From Longimicrobiales bacterium (GTDB lineage Bacteria > Gemmatimonadota > Gemmatimonadetes > Longimicrobiales > Gaopeijiaceae): DNA of 64,000 nucleotides. The DNA is taken from NCBI GenBank assembly GCA_965238005.1, contig OZ250165.1, positions 1,342,195-1,406,194 on the forward strand, read 5' to 3'. Under the pieces are notes generated by a model. The model was given only the letters and a program-made list of their open reading frames with translations, was not told the DNA's origin and searched no databases. Shown piece by piece: positions 18,745 to 28,797 of the stretch (its first letter is position 1; each line of letters opens with the position of its first letter). The translations under genes were made by a program, and so were the position numbers.

Positions 18745-20430
18745 TCAAAACGGGTACCTCCGCCGAAGGCGTTTTTGACGTTCCCGACGCTCGCACATCC
18801 GCTCCCACCCGTAGTCCGTATTCCGATCCCGCTTCGGCAACTTCTCGGGCTTCGTGAACTTCGGGCGTGGGCGCACCCAGTTCCACATCACTACCGCGTC
18901 AGCCCGATCGGGACTGCGACCCAGCCGCTTGCGGATTTCCTCCTTCGGCTCGACGAAGATTTTGCCGCCGCGAGTAAACCACGTGGGAGTCGTGAGGTCG
19001 TCGAACAGCTCGTGGTCGTCGCACAAGGCGATGTGGCCACGTTCGAGATCCCGCCGAAATCTCCACCACATCGCCGCCCTCAAGTTCGCGAACTCTTCGG
19101 CGCCCCAAGCGCCCTTTCCCGTTCGCGCCCTCGCCTCCCGGTCCGCGGAGCCCACTGCCCGCGAGCCGGCGTTCAAGGCCCTGATGGGGTATCCCATTTC
19201 ACGTAGTCTTCCAACCGTTCCGGCGCCGACGCCGATGCTGTCGATCGCCACGCGTCTCGGGTCGATGCCATCCACCTTGATCTCGGTCCCAACGTCTACG
19301 CCCAATTGGACCGAGTCAGGACAGGGGAACGATCTGACCTCGAGCAGGCACGCACCTTGGCCACGCGCAATGGCGGCCCGGTCCCCCGCCTCCGAGTTCG
19401 CGACATCGACACCAAGCGCGAGCGGGCCTTCACGAAACGCGGGGTCCGAATATCTGCCAACCGCCTCCTCGCACCATTTCAACTGGATCAGTGCGTCCTG
19501 CGCTTCTGGCGGCGAGATGCCACGGACCCGCGACAGGTAAATCCGCGAGCCTTCGCCATATTTCTCTCGTCGCCTCGCGATCGACTTCCGCGACACCGCG
19601 CCCGGCACCACCGCGACGTCGTTATCCAGATCCTCCCACTTCGGATCGCGGACGTTGTTCGTAACGATGTTTGGGTGATCCAACGCGCTGATTCGGATGT
19701 GGCGAACGCCGGGGCTCGTGCAGAATTCGTGGAGCGTATCGTGCTGATGATCAGGATTCCCAATGTACGCCCGGAGATTGTGGACGTCCGTGACTGTATT
19801 CTCGATCGCAGCCGACACGGGCAGCGGCACGCCGGACGCCTCTTCGACGAGGATGAGCATGTGCTCCGCGTGCATACCCGCAGCTTTCGTACTCACCTGT
19901 TCGTGTGCACCGACTCCGATCGAGCGCCCAACCGCGCCCCATCCCGCCCCCTCACCCTCTTCTCGTGCCCCATCCATCCTGATCCGTAGCCGGGTAAGAT
20001 CGGCGGTCGGAAAGAGACGCTTGAAGGCCGGCCAGAGCTTCTTGATTTCGGTCCATGCGTAGAGATCGAGCTGCTCCTCCTTGGCGGCGAACGAGAAAGT
20101 TCTGCTTGCCGGCCAGGTCGCGGCAAACCAAAGCGTCAACCAGCCAAGGCTGTGGCTTTTCCCCGTACCCGTCGCGCTCTCGACGCCCACGTCCTTCCAG
20201 TCCACAAGGGCCTCGGCGATGGCCACGATCGGCTCAGGTGTGCCGTCCCAAAAGTGGTTGTCGTATCCAGGGTTGAGCCCCCACCTGAGCGTCTCCTCAC
20301 GGATGCCCAGGTGGTCTACCGCGAAAGCGATCGGATCCCGTTGGTACTCGACGAGAGCCTTAACCTTCTCGGAGTCACGCCTGGCCAACTCGGCGATCGC
20401 CAGCAACCGGATGTGGTCGGGGCTAAGCAT
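18745..20430 (-). CDS. terL: phage terminase large subunit
   Basis: 561-aa ORF. It has a Walker A-like ESATGTGKSH, and the layout fits an ATPase N-domain followed by a nuclease-type C-domain. It sits immediately downstream of terS, overlapping it by 8 nt. Confidence 0.85.
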   Translation of the reverse strand: MLSPDHIRLLAIAELARRDSEKVKALVEYQRDPIAFAVDHLGIREETLRWGLNPGYDNHFWDGTPEPIVAIAEALVDWKDVGVESATGTGKSHSLGWLTLWFAATWPASRTFSFAAKEEQLDLYAWTEIKKLWPAFKRLFPTADLTRLRIRMDGAREEGEGAGWGAVGRSIGVGAHEQVSTKAAGMHAEHMLILVEEASGVPLPVSAAIENTVTDVHNLRAYIGNPDHQHDTLHEFCTSPGVRHIRISALDHPNIVTNNVRDPKWEDLDNDVAVVPGAVSRKSIARRREKYGEGSRIYLSRVRGISPPEAQDALIQLKWCEEAVGRYSDPAFREGPLALGVDVANSEAGDRAAIARGQGACLLEVRSFPCPDSVQLGVDVGTEIKVDGIDPRRVAIDSIGVGAGTVGRLREMGYPIRALNAGSRAVGSADREARARTGKGAWGAEEFANLRAAMWWRFRRDLERGHIALCDDHELFDDLTTPTWFTRGGKIFVEPKEEIRKRLGRSPDRADAVVMWNWVRPRPKFTKPEKLPKRDRNTDYGWERMCERRERQKRLRRRYPF

Positions 20431-20869
20431 GACCCACCTGCCCTAGGCGAGCCACGATCTCTTCGTCGCTACCGAGCTCGAGGAGTTCGCGAACTTCAGC
20501 CTCGCCCATCGCGGCGATCCGATCAGCGAGTCCCTTCACCTCGACCTGGCTCTTGTCCACGAACATCGCCTTGTGGCGCCCGAGCCAACTGAGTGCTTGG
20601 ACACGAGCTGAATGGGAGCTGCCCTCGCCCGTGAAATTGGCTTCTCGCCTCAACCCCTCGATCACCTCGTTCGCCGTCAACTCAACGTGTTCGGCCCGTT
20701 CCGTGAGAGCACTTTCGATCGCCTCTTGGATTTCAGGTTTGTTCAGGTTCTCATGACCAATGGAGCCGGCGGTCTTCTGGGAGTCACCAGCACGGATAGC
20801 CGCCTGTGTGGCGTTAAGGTCAATGAGGTATTCTCGGACGAACGCCTGTTGTTTCGCTGTCATGCTCAT
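20423..20869 (-). CDS. terS: phage terminase small subunit (Terminase_2/P27-like)
   Basis: 148-aa ORF. KQQAFVREYLIDLNATQAAIRAGDS..TA..IGHENLNKPEIQEAI is the characteristic N-terminal HTH motif of this family. Confidence 0.8.
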   Translation of the reverse strand: MSMTAKQQAFVREYLIDLNATQAAIRAGDSQKTAGSIGHENLNKPEIQEAIESALTERAEHVELTANEVIEGLRREANFTGEGSSHSARVQALSWLGRHKAMFVDKSQVEVKGLADRIAAMGEAEVRELLELGSDEEIVARLGQVGHA

Positions 20870-21138
20870 CTGGGGATTGTTCGAAATTTGCGCAGGTGGT
20901 CCAGCGTGAGGTGATCGAGGGTGGCGGTCATGTGAGCGACACCTTCGGGTACTCGCTCGCAGCCTTGGGCCAAGCGTTCATCTCCTACAGGTCGTGACCT
21001 GCCACGGTGCAGCCAGATCGGCTGGCGGCGTATTCACACACGACTTACCGGCCCCCGAAAGTCGCCACCGCAGCAGGTCCCATTCAATGTTCGAGCGTTT
21101 GGGCGAGCGCCCGTTTTTTTTGCACTTCTTTACTGATT

Positions 21139-21756
21139 TCACTGGTCCGTCCGACCTTGTTTCTTGCTGCCCCGTCTCTGTCTAGGTCGTATGGGCTTCG
21201 TCCGTTTCCGCAAGCGGCTGCCACCCTCCCCTACCGCCCCCCTCCCATACTGTCTAGATCCTGGGCCTGGCTCGGTAAGAAGATCGACTTTGATTCTCTC
21301 GCCGAGCTCATGAGCAAACGAAGCGTGCCGGGCGAGCTGTTCCGTAGCGTCAAGGAGCCAATCTCCCCCAAGGCCATATTGCTCTGCGATCTCGGGCAGC
21401 CGTTTTCGTGAGATGAGGAGATACCAGACATCGTGGGCGAATGGATCAGTGGCCCAGCGGAACACAGTCGGAATCCGCATGGCCGAGCCTCTAGGTCGTT
21501 TGACCTCGAAGAGCAATCCGGGAACCGAGCGGAGCCCAGCCATGCGACTCCGAACTGTCTCCCGAGAGCGACCGATCGTCTTGGCGAGAGTAGTCTCAGA
21601 TGCAAAGCAGGGCCGGTACGGGGTCCCGTTGATCGACCAGATGGTCGCCCACAAGAACATTGACTCTCCAAGATGGCTGAGTGCATCAATTGAGCCCGGT
21701 CGGACGACCCAACAGGGGATCGTCAAATCACCACCGGGTGAGCCAAGGGCCTCCAT
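21139..21756 (-). CDS. hypothetical phage-like DNA-binding protein (HTH/winged helix)
   Basis: 205-aa ORF. ASETTLAKTIGRSRETVRSRMAGL is HTH-like, and the C-terminal tail is basic. The family is not recognised. Confidence 0.4.
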   Translation of the reverse strand: MEALGSPGGDLTIPCWVVRPGSIDALSHLGESMFLWATIWSINGTPYRPCFASETTLAKTIGRSRETVRSRMAGLRSVPGLLFEVKRPRGSAMRIPTVFRWATDPFAHDVWYLLISRKRLPEIAEQYGLGGDWLLDATEQLARHASFAHELGERIKVDLLTEPGPGSRQYGRGAVGEGGSRLRKRTKPIRPRQRRGSKKQGRTDQ

Positions 21757-21954
21757 CTACCGACCTAGCAGACCAAGGGGTGCCGAAAGAGGAAGCGAGG
21801 CGCAACCAGTGCCAGTCCTCTCAGCGATCAACGACTGAGGACTCAGAACCCAGATAGATCGTCGCCCACTCATCTTCGCAGTAGGCGTCACATCTCACCT
21901 CTATGTAACGACTGCGGGTCTAGGAGCTCGGGGAAAGCGGTGAGGGCGAATCCG

Positions 21955-21982
21955 TTCACGTGTCGATTCACGTGTCGATTCG
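21955..21982. repeat. tandem 12-nt direct repeat TTCACGTGTCGA x2 (+4 nt), each with a CACGTG palindrome
   Basis: Read directly: 21955-21966 and 21967-21978 are identical, followed by a partial TTCG. Confidence 0.85.
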
Positions 21983-22104
21983 TTGCTGTATGGGGCGATA
22001 AAGGGGGGCGCGGGTTATCGCCCAGACCTATATATATAGAGCGGCTAGTGGGCCTTACCGGGAAAGGTGCCACCGCCTGTGTTTTGGTCTTTGGCACCGG
22101 CGGT

Positions 22105-22129
22105 GATGGTTCGAATCCATCCGGGCCAA
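22105..22129 (+). other. tRNA-like T-arm plus acceptor 3' strand fragment (possible att-site remnant)
   Basis: GATGG-TTCGAAT-CCATC is a perfect T stem-loop. It is followed by CGGGCCA-A. No complementary 5' acceptor strand or anticodon arm could be found upstream. Confidence 0.3.
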
Positions 22130-22295
22130 CTCTACAGAACCCCCGTGATCGTTCGGCTTTCCCGGGGTTGTTCTTGCCCATCCAGGGGGCCGGGGCAACC
22201 TTTCCTCCGATGTCGCGCCCTAGGAGGTCGACCCGTCATCGCTAAACAGATGCCACTGGATTTCGATCGCCTCGCATGATACACGGACACGGATC

Positions 22296-24146
22296 ATGAT
22301 CCGGATCCTGATCGGGCCTGCACTCTTCGTGGCCGTGGGATTGGGTTTCGGACCCGGGGAGAGCAGAGCCCTCGCCACCGCCGCGCGGGATTCGACTCCG
22401 GGGGTTCTACAGGAGCCTCCCCGGCCCATGGGCCCCGACTCCTCCGACGTGCTCGGAAAGGCCCGAGACGCCCAGGCTCGTTTCGAGCGCCGACGCCATC
22501 GCCTCCTGCCGTGGGCTTTTGCCGAGAGCGGCCGCCCCTGCGAGAACCGAGTAGGGCGGTTCTGCATGTGGCACTCCGGGGACGACAGCTGGAAACCCAT
22601 TCCGGATCCACCGGAGCTGGTGGACTTGCGGGAAGCACTGCTGACCGAGCTCTCCGAGTTCTCCGCGCAGATTCCGGGTGACAGGTGGATACTCGGGCAG
22701 CGGGTCTTCTACCTGGCCGAGGCGGGCCGCTGGAGCGAGGCTGCGCATTTGGCCGGAGCGTCCCACGTCGAGCCGAGCTGGTGGTGTGACGTCCTCGCGG
22801 GGTTCGCTCTTCACGGTGCGGGGGATTACGGGCCGGCCATGGCGGCCTTCCGGCACGGACTCGCCGACATGGATCCGGAAGAGGCGCGTAAGTGGCGGGA
22901 TCCCGAGATCCTCCTGGACGGGAAGGCCCAGGACCTGATGAACGACGCCTCCGAAGAGGAGTGGGAGGCGCTGAGGGCCACGTTCTGGCATCTCGCCGAT
23001 CCACTCTACCTGATGCCGGGAAACGATCGAGAGACAGAGCACTATGCTCGGTGGACGTTCTCCCGGATGAGCGATCGCGCCCGCAACCCGCATGGACTTC
23101 GCTGGGGAAGCGATCTCGAGGAGCTGACGGTTCGCTACGGATGGGAGAAGGGTTGGGAGAGACGCCGACCGAACGTGGGTTTCGTCCGTCCCGACGGGAG
23201 CACCATCGGACACTCCCACCCGGATGCGCGGGAGTTCGTGCCACCCGGGTTCGTGCTGGGGCGGCCGTCGCAGACCGAGCCCGGTGCGTGGATTCCGGCC
23301 GAGCACCCCCGGAGCGCCCACGTCGCGGCGTACTCTCCCGATCTCGAGCCGGGGGTCGGGCAGGTAGCCGTTTTTCACCGGGGGGACTCCATCCTGGTGG
23401 CAGCCGCCACGAGGATGCCTGAGCCATCAGACTCTTCGGCCGCGCAGTCGTTTCCCAGCGAGGTCCCCTCCGACGAGCCGGATGGCCCGTTTGCGTGGGC
23501 GCAGCCGGGGCTCCTGGACGAGCCCGACCAGGTAGGCCTCTTCCTGATCGATTCCGAGAGGCGATTCAGGGAAGCGCGGCATCGAGGCGACCGCGAGGGC
23601 GTGCTCGCACTCTCCGTGCCGGCGGGTCAGTACCTTGCGAGCGTCGAGGCCTGGGTGCCAACGACAGGTCGGGGTGGACGCCTGCGGCACGGGATCGTGA
23701 CGGATACGATCCCCGAGGATCTGGCCACCCTCTCCGACCTGATCATTCTCTACTCCGCCGATTCACTGCCGCAGCAGCTCGACCTGGCCCTGCCGCTCAT
23801 GCGACCGTCACTCGAGTTGTCCTCGGGGCAAGAGATAGCGGTCGGTTGGGAGATCTTCGGGTTAGGCTGGCGGCAGGAGAATGTGGACTTCGAGTTGAGC
23901 CTCTACAAAGAAGGGGAAGGGTTCTTCGGCAAGGTGGGGCGCTGGCTGGGCTTCGGCGGAGGACGTGACGAGCCTCTCCAGATCGGTTGGAGAGAGCCCG
24001 GTCCCGTCGAGACGGGACCCTGGTTCCGCTCTGTGAAGGTGGACATGCCCGACCTGGAGCCCGGGGAGTATCTCTTTCGACTCCAGGTGTCCATTCGAGG
24101 CCGCGAACCGCTGGTTCGAACCAGGGCCGTCGGCGTCTCTCCTTGA
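22296..24146 (+). CDS. hypothetical secreted protein (weak GWxTD-domain-like segment)
   Basis: 616-aa ORF with N-terminal signal MIRILIGPALFVAVGLGFG. FWHLADPLYLMPGNDRETEHYARW...LRWGSDLEELTVRYG loosely resembles GWxTD family motifs. Confidence 0.6.
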   Translation: MIRILIGPALFVAVGLGFGPGESRALATAARDSTPGVLQEPPRPMGPDSSDVLGKARDAQARFERRRHRLLPWAFAESGRPCENRVGRFCMWHSGDDSWKPIPDPPELVDLREALLTELSEFSAQIPGDRWILGQRVFYLAEAGRWSEAAHLAGASHVEPSWWCDVLAGFALHGAGDYGPAMAAFRHGLADMDPEEARKWRDPEILLDGKAQDLMNDASEEEWEALRATFWHLADPLYLMPGNDRETEHYARWTFSRMSDRARNPHGLRWGSDLEELTVRYGWEKGWERRRPNVGFVRPDGSTIGHSHPDAREFVPPGFVLGRPSQTEPGAWIPAEHPRSAHVAAYSPDLEPGVGQVAVFHRGDSILVAAATRMPEPSDSSAAQSFPSEVPSDEPDGPFAWAQPGLLDEPDQVGLFLIDSERRFREARHRGDREGVLALSVPAGQYLASVEAWVPTTGRGGRLRHGIVTDTIPEDLATLSDLIILYSADSLPQQLDLALPLMRPSLELSSGQEIAVGWEIFGLGWRQENVDFELSLYKEGEGFFGKVGRWLGFGGGRDEPLQIGWREPGPVETGPWFRSVKVDMPDLEPGEYLFRLQVSIRGREPLVRTRAVGVSP

Positions 24147-24253
24147 AGGCCCGAACGTCAGCCAGCCACAAGGGGTTTGGCGTTGACGCCCCCCCTCCTA
24201 AGATCTAGCTTTTCAGGCTGTTGCGGTCTGGCGCCACATTCGGGCTGAGGTCA

Positions 24254-25219
24254 ATGGACGACACGTTTCGCAGAGGACCGCTCCTCCTGCTTACAGGACG
24301 GGCCAACCGCCCGCTCGGAGTAGAGATCGGACAGATTCTCGGGGAGGACGCCGAGTCGGCCACTATCCGTGATTTCGCCGACGGGGAGATCTTCGTTCGT
24401 ATCGATCGGAATGCCCGTGGACGCGACGTTTACATCATTCAGCCGACCGTGGCTCCGGCCGACAGTATCATGGAGCTGCTCTTGTTGATCGATGCCGCGA
24501 AACGCGCGTCGGCGGCTCAGGTCACGGCAGTCGTCCCGTACTTCGGGTACGGCCGGCAGGACCGCAAGGACCAACCTCGTGTGGCCATCGGGGCGAAACT
24601 GGTGGCGAATCTCATGGTGGCGGCCGGTGCGGACCGACTCATCGGGATGGACTTCCATCAGCATCAGATCCAGGGGTTCTTCGACATCCCGGTGGACCAT
24701 CTGTACGCCGCGCCGGTCCTGACCCACTACTTCCGGGAGAAGAGACTGCCGGATCTGGTAGTGGTGGCGCCCGATGTGGGTTCGGCGAAGATGGCCAGGG
24801 GATTCGCGAAGCGGCTCGACGGGACCTTCGCCATCATCGACAAGAGGCGACCCGCCGCGAACGAAGCCGAGGTTCTGAATGTGGTCGGTGAGGTCGACGG
24901 CCGGACATGCCTTCTCGTGGACGACATGGTCGATACGAGTGGGACGCTGGCAAACGCCGTGCAGGCGCTGTCCGACCGAGGGGCGAGGAGTGTCTACGCA
25001 GGCGCCACCCACGCCCTCCTCTCCGGGAACGCGGTGGAGAAGCTGGCCGCGGCCCCCCTCGAAGAGTTCGTGGTGACCAACACGATCCACGTTCCGGAGG
25101 AGCGGCGCTTCGAGGGCCTGAAGATACTTTCGGTGGCCAGTCTTTTCGCGAAGGCCATCGAGTGCGTTCACAAGAACGAATCGGTGACCAAGCTGTTCGA
25201 GCTGGCCGTCGAGGCGTAG
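24254..25219 (+). CDS. prs: ribose-phosphate pyrophosphokinase
   Basis: Motifs YFGYGRQDRK and the PRPP loop LLVDDMVDTSGTL. I prefer ATG 24254 over TTG 24221. Confidence 0.9.
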   Translation: MDDTFRRGPLLLLTGRANRPLGVEIGQILGEDAESATIRDFADGEIFVRIDRNARGRDVYIIQPTVAPADSIMELLLLIDAAKRASAAQVTAVVPYFGYGRQDRKDQPRVAIGAKLVANLMVAAGADRLIGMDFHQHQIQGFFDIPVDHLYAAPVLTHYFREKRLPDLVVVAPDVGSAKMARGFAKRLDGTFAIIDKRRPAANEAEVLNVVGEVDGRTCLLVDDMVDTSGTLANAVQALSDRGARSVYAGATHALLSGNAVEKLAAAPLEEFVVTNTIHVPEERRFEGLKILSVASLFAKAIECVHKNESVTKLFELAVEA

Positions 25220-25269
25220 CCGAGAGGCCCCATCTCTCGGCGGAACTACAAGAGACCAGGAACGAGAAA

Positions 25270-25965
25270 ATGAGTGTTAAGTCGGGACTTACGGCGAAGC
25301 GGCGCAGCGAGACCGGTAAGGGTGCGGCGCGGAGGATTCGGGCGGCGGGTCAGATCCCGGCTGTGCTCTACGGCAAGGATCAGGATTCCATCGCGCTTAC
25401 GGTCGATGCTCAGGAAACCGGTCACCTTTTCCACTCCATCTCCGTGGAGAACACGATCGTCAACGTGAAGATCGAGGACGAGGCCGAGGAGTTGGAAACG
25501 CTGGTGCGCGAGATCCAGATGCACCCGTTCCGGCCGGACATCGTCCACGTCGATTTCTACCGCATCCAGAGAGGTGTGGCTATCGAAGTCGACGTTCCCG
25601 TCAACTACATGGGGACTCCAGAGGGCGTGAAGCATGGCGGCGTTCTGGAAGTGATCCTCCATGAGCTCCGGGTCAAGTGCGTCCCGTCCAAGATCCCCGA
25701 GATCATTGAGGTCGACGTCTCCGGGCTGGCGATCGGTGACTCGATCCACGCCAGTGAGATCGAGGTCGAGGAGGATGTGGAGTTCCTGACCGATCCCATC
25801 CGGACACTGTGCCTCGTGGCTGTGCCCAAGGTCGAGGTCGTCGAAGAGGAAGAGGAGGAGGAGCTGGAAGAGGGCGTCGAGGTCGAAGGGGAAGAGGGTG
25901 CAGAGGGAGCCCCCGCCGCCGATGCCGATGCTTCGGCGGGTGGAGACGAGGACTCCGAGGGCTGA
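25270..25965 (+). CDS. rplY: 50S ribosomal protein L25/general stress protein Ctc, acidic C-terminal tail
   Basis: Internal ATG of ORF 24907..25965. The sequence is RRIRAAGQIPAVLYGK...HPFRPDIVHVDFYR, followed by a Glu-rich tail. Confidence 0.9.
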   Translation: MSVKSGLTAKRRSETGKGAARRIRAAGQIPAVLYGKDQDSIALTVDAQETGHLFHSISVENTIVNVKIEDEAEELETLVREIQMHPFRPDIVHVDFYRIQRGVAIEVDVPVNYMGTPEGVKHGGVLEVILHELRVKCVPSKIPEIIEVDVSGLAIGDSIHASEIEVEEDVEFLTDPIRTLCLVAVPKVEVVEEEEEEELEEGVEVEGEEGAEGAPAADADASAGGDEDSEG

Positions 25966-25988
25966 TCGCACTCGTCGGATCTGGTGTC

Positions 25989-26552
25989 GTGAAGGTGATC
26001 GTCGGGCTCGGCAATCCCGGGCCTGAATACGACGCCACCCGGCACAACGTGGGCTGGTGGGTCGTGGACCGACTCGCCTACGACTGGGGCTTCGGGGCCT
26101 TCGAGAAGAAAGGCCGAAGCCTGCAGGTAGACGGTATGGTGGGCGACGTTCCAGCCTGCCTCATGAAGCCAACCACATTCATGAACAATAGCGGGGCGGC
26201 CCTCGTCACCCTCGCTACGATTTCGGAATTCGACATCGGCCAAGACCTGTTGGTCGTGTCGGATGACGCGGCGCTGGACCTGGGCCGTGTACGCTTCCGA
26301 GCCGGAGGTGGGTCCGGTGGCCACAAGGGTCTGAAGTCGGTATCCGGTGCTCTCGGCACCGAGGAGTACGGGCGGTTGCGCGTGGGAGTCGGGCAGGCGC
26401 AGGATGGCGAGGACCTCTCCGACTGGGTGCTGTCACCCATGGGGAGTGCGGACGAGGACGTGGTGGTAGCGCTTCTTCCAGAGCTCAGCAAGGCCGTGGA
26501 GGTCTGGATGACGGATGGTATCGAGGAGGCGATGAACCAGTGCAACCGGTGA
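25989..26552 (+). CDS. pth: peptidyl-tRNA hydrolase
   Basis: GTG 25989 gives [24 protein letters not shown]. It belongs to the conserved prs-ctc-pth cluster. Confidence 0.9.
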   Translation: MKVIVGLGNPGPEYDATRHNVGWWVVDRLAYDWGFGAFEKKGRSLQVDGMVGDVPACLMKPTTFMNNSGAALVTLATISEFDIGQDLLVVSDDAALDLGRVRFRAGGGSGGHKGLKSVSGALGTEEYGRLRVGVGQAQDGEDLSDWVLSPMGSADEDVVVALLPELSKAVEVWMTDGIEEAMNQCNR

Positions 26553-26619
26553 TGCGCGCGGAGGCCGTGCGGCTCACGCTGATGCTGTCAAAGACGCTGT
26601 CAACAGCACGAGGAACCTG

Positions 26620-28737
26620 ATGAGCCAATTCGTGACGATTACCAGCTGGTCCTGGGCGCTGGGCCTCGTGGGCCTGGTGGTGGCCGGGATCATCTATCGC
26701 TACGTGAAGGGTCAGTCGGTGGGAAGCGAGGTGATGGATGAGCTGGCCGACCAGATCTATCAGGGGGCCATGGCCTTCCTGCGCCGAGAGTACTCCATGC
26801 TGGGCGTTTTCGTCGTGATGGTGGCCGCCCTGTTGGCATGGGCGGTCTCGGGCCTGACGGCCCTCGCCTACCTGGTGGGGGCCCTCTGCTCGGTCATGGC
26901 CGGCTTCTTCGGCATGACCGCGGCCACGCGGGCGAACGTACGCACCTCGGCCGCGGCCAACCAGGAAGGGCAGGGCAAGGCGCTCCGGGTCGCGTTCTTC
27001 GGTGGAGCGGTGATGGGACTCTGCGTGGCGGCCCTCGGTCTGGTGGGCATAGGGGTGCTCTACTGGTTCTTCGGCGCCACGGCCATCGGTGCCGCCGAGC
27101 ACGCCGGGTTTGCGGAGATCATCTCCGGATTTGCCATGGGCGCCAGTTCCATCGCCCTCTTCGCCCGCGTCGGAGGTGGGATCTACACCAAGGCCGCAGA
27201 CGTCGGAGCGGATCTCGTGGGGAAGGTCGAGGAGGGGATTCCGGAGGACGACCCCCGGAACCCGGCCACCATCGCCGACAACGTCGGCGACAACGTCGGC
27301 GATGTGGCGGGCATGGGGGCGGACATCTTCGAGTCTTATGTCGGCTCGGTCATCGCCACCATCGCCATCGCGGCGACTTCGGCGTCTCTGGCCGGCAACG
27401 TCGGCAATGCCATAGCGCTCCCAATCGTGACGGTCATGGTGGGTCTCATCGCCTCGCTGGTCGGAGTCGGCATGATGAAGGCCCTCGAGCGCACGGACCC
27501 GGCCGCGGCTCTTCGGAACGTCACCTTCATCGCCGCTGGCCTCTTCCTCGTGGCCATGTTCTTCATCGTCCGCGCGCTGGACCTCCAGATGGTGGAGGGT
27601 GGCCGGATCTATCCTGCCCTGGGGCCCTGGTTCGCCATCGTCGCGGGCACCCTGGTGGGCGCAGCCATCGGGCTTGTGACCGAGTACTACACGTCCTCGA
27701 GGCCCGTCAGGAAGATCGCCGAGGCCAGCAAGACCGGCGCGGCCACGAACCTCATAACCGGGTTGGCCGTGGGCATGGAGTCGACGGCCGTCCCCATGCT
27801 GCTCATCTGTATCGCCATCTACGCATCGTTCACGTCCGCCGGCCTCTACGGCATCGGCATCGCCGCTGTCGGCATGCTGGCCACGGTGGGTGTCACCATG
27901 TCCGTGGACGCCTACGGGCCCATTGCCGACAACGCGGGTGGTATCAGCGAGATGAGCGGCCTGGGACCGGAGACTCGCGCGATCACCGACTCGCTGGACG
28001 CCATCGGCAACACGACCGCCGCCCAGGGTAAGGGCTTCGCCATCGGCTCCGCCGCGCTCACGGCGCTGGCTCTGTTCTCGGCGTACAGCTCGAAGGTCGG
28101 GCTGGCGGAGACGGGGATCGATCTCGTGAAGCCCATCGTCGTCATCGGCCTGTTCCTCGGTGGCGTGCTCCCGTTCTTCATCGCTGCGCTCACCATGACC
28201 GCTGTGGGGCGCGCCGCTCAGGGCATGGTCGAGGAGGTCCGTCGGCAGTTCCGGGAGAGGCCGGGCATCATGGAGGGAACCGAGAGGCCGGATTCGGCAC
28301 GGTGTGTAGAGATTTCCACCGATGCCGCGCTTCGCGAGATGATCCTCCCCGGCGTGATCGCCATCGTCTCTCCGGTGCTGGTGGGCCGCTTCCTGGGCGT
28401 CGAGGCCTTGGGTGGGCTCCTGGCCGGTGCCACGGTCACCGGCGTCCTCATGGCGCTCTTCATGGCCAATGCCGGGGGCGCATGGGACAACGCCAAGAAG
28501 CTCATCGAGGGTGGCGCCCATGGAGGGAAGGGATCCGAGCCCCACAAGGCCGCGATCGTCGGTGACACGGTGGGAGACCCGTTCAAGGACACCTCGGGGC
28601 CGTCTCTCAACATTCTCATCAAGCTGATGAGCGTCGTGTCACTGGTGCTCGCGCCGTGGTTCGTGCGAGTGCACGAGATCGACGCGGGCGGCCAGATCTC
28701 CAGTCTCATTGGCTGGGTTGCCCGCCTGTTCGGGTAG
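26620..28737 (+). CDS. hppA: membrane-bound proton/sodium-translocating pyrophosphatase
   Basis: 705-aa polytopic ORF with [38 protein letters not shown] and [16 protein letters not shown]. Confidence 0.95.
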   Translation: MSQFVTITSWSWALGLVGLVVAGIIYRYVKGQSVGSEVMDELADQIYQGAMAFLRREYSMLGVFVVMVAALLAWAVSGLTALAYLVGALCSVMAGFFGMTAATRANVRTSAAANQEGQGKALRVAFFGGAVMGLCVAALGLVGIGVLYWFFGATAIGAAEHAGFAEIISGFAMGASSIALFARVGGGIYTKAADVGADLVGKVEEGIPEDDPRNPATIADNVGDNVGDVAGMGADIFESYVGSVIATIAIAATSASLAGNVGNAIALPIVTVMVGLIASLVGVGMMKALERTDPAAALRNVTFIAAGLFLVAMFFIVRALDLQMVEGGRIYPALGPWFAIVAGTLVGAAIGLVTEYYTSSRPVRKIAEASKTGAATNLITGLAVGMESTAVPMLLICIAIYASFTSAGLYGIGIAAVGMLATVGVTMSVDAYGPIADNAGGISEMSGLGPETRAITDSLDAIGNTTAAQGKGFAIGSAALTALALFSAYSSKVGLAETGIDLVKPIVVIGLFLGGVLPFFIAALTMTAVGRAAQGMVEEVRRQFRERPGIMEGTERPDSARCVEISTDAALREMILPGVIAIVSPVLVGRFLGVEALGGLLAGATVTGVLMALFMANAGGAWDNAKKLIEGGAHGGKGSEPHKAAIVGDTVGDPFKDTSGPSLNILIKLMSVVSLVLAPWFVRVHEIDAGGQISSLIGWVARLFG

Positions 28738-28797
28738 AGCCGCCCAGCTTTCTTCCACTGAGGGGGTTCGGTCGCGGGGCGGCCGGACCCACGAGCC

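Larger units (their letters stand above)
17447..22295. mobile_element. degraded prophage / genomic-island remnant (low-G+C patch, terminase genes, structured non-coding end)
   Basis: G+C drops (23/60 at 17821-17880). terS and terL are present, with no portal, capsid or integrase in the window. The right end carries tandem repeats and a tRNA-like T-arm fragment. The left boundary could lie as far left as 13749, where the TBDR is truncated. Confidence 0.5.

Noticed and set aside
22041-22129. Complete tRNA (or tRNA-Sec or tmRNA 3' domain) ending in the GGTTCGAATCC T-loop
   Set aside because: I could not pair the 3' strand CGGGCCA with any upstream 7-mer; the best candidate, TGGGCCT, has two mismatches. 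I also found no 5-bp/7-nt anticodon arm. I keep it only as a T-arm fragment. No UCA-anticodon structure is visible, so it does not supply the tRNA-Sec needed for the 6906 UGA.
22294-23427. 377-aa antisense ORF opposite the 616-aa secreted protein
   Set aside because: The composition is extremely Arg/Pro/Ser-rich, with no motifs. It overlaps a better-supported ORF that has a signal peptide.
26584-26603. Direct repeat GCTGTCAA ... GCTGTCAA (12-nt period) upstream of hppA as a regulatory site
   Set aside because: There are only two 8-nt copies. This is easily chance, and I cannot match it to any known operator.
26485-28545. 686-aa antisense ORF opposite hppA
   Set aside because: hppA has unmistakable pyrophosphatase motifs. 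The antisense product is low-complexity.
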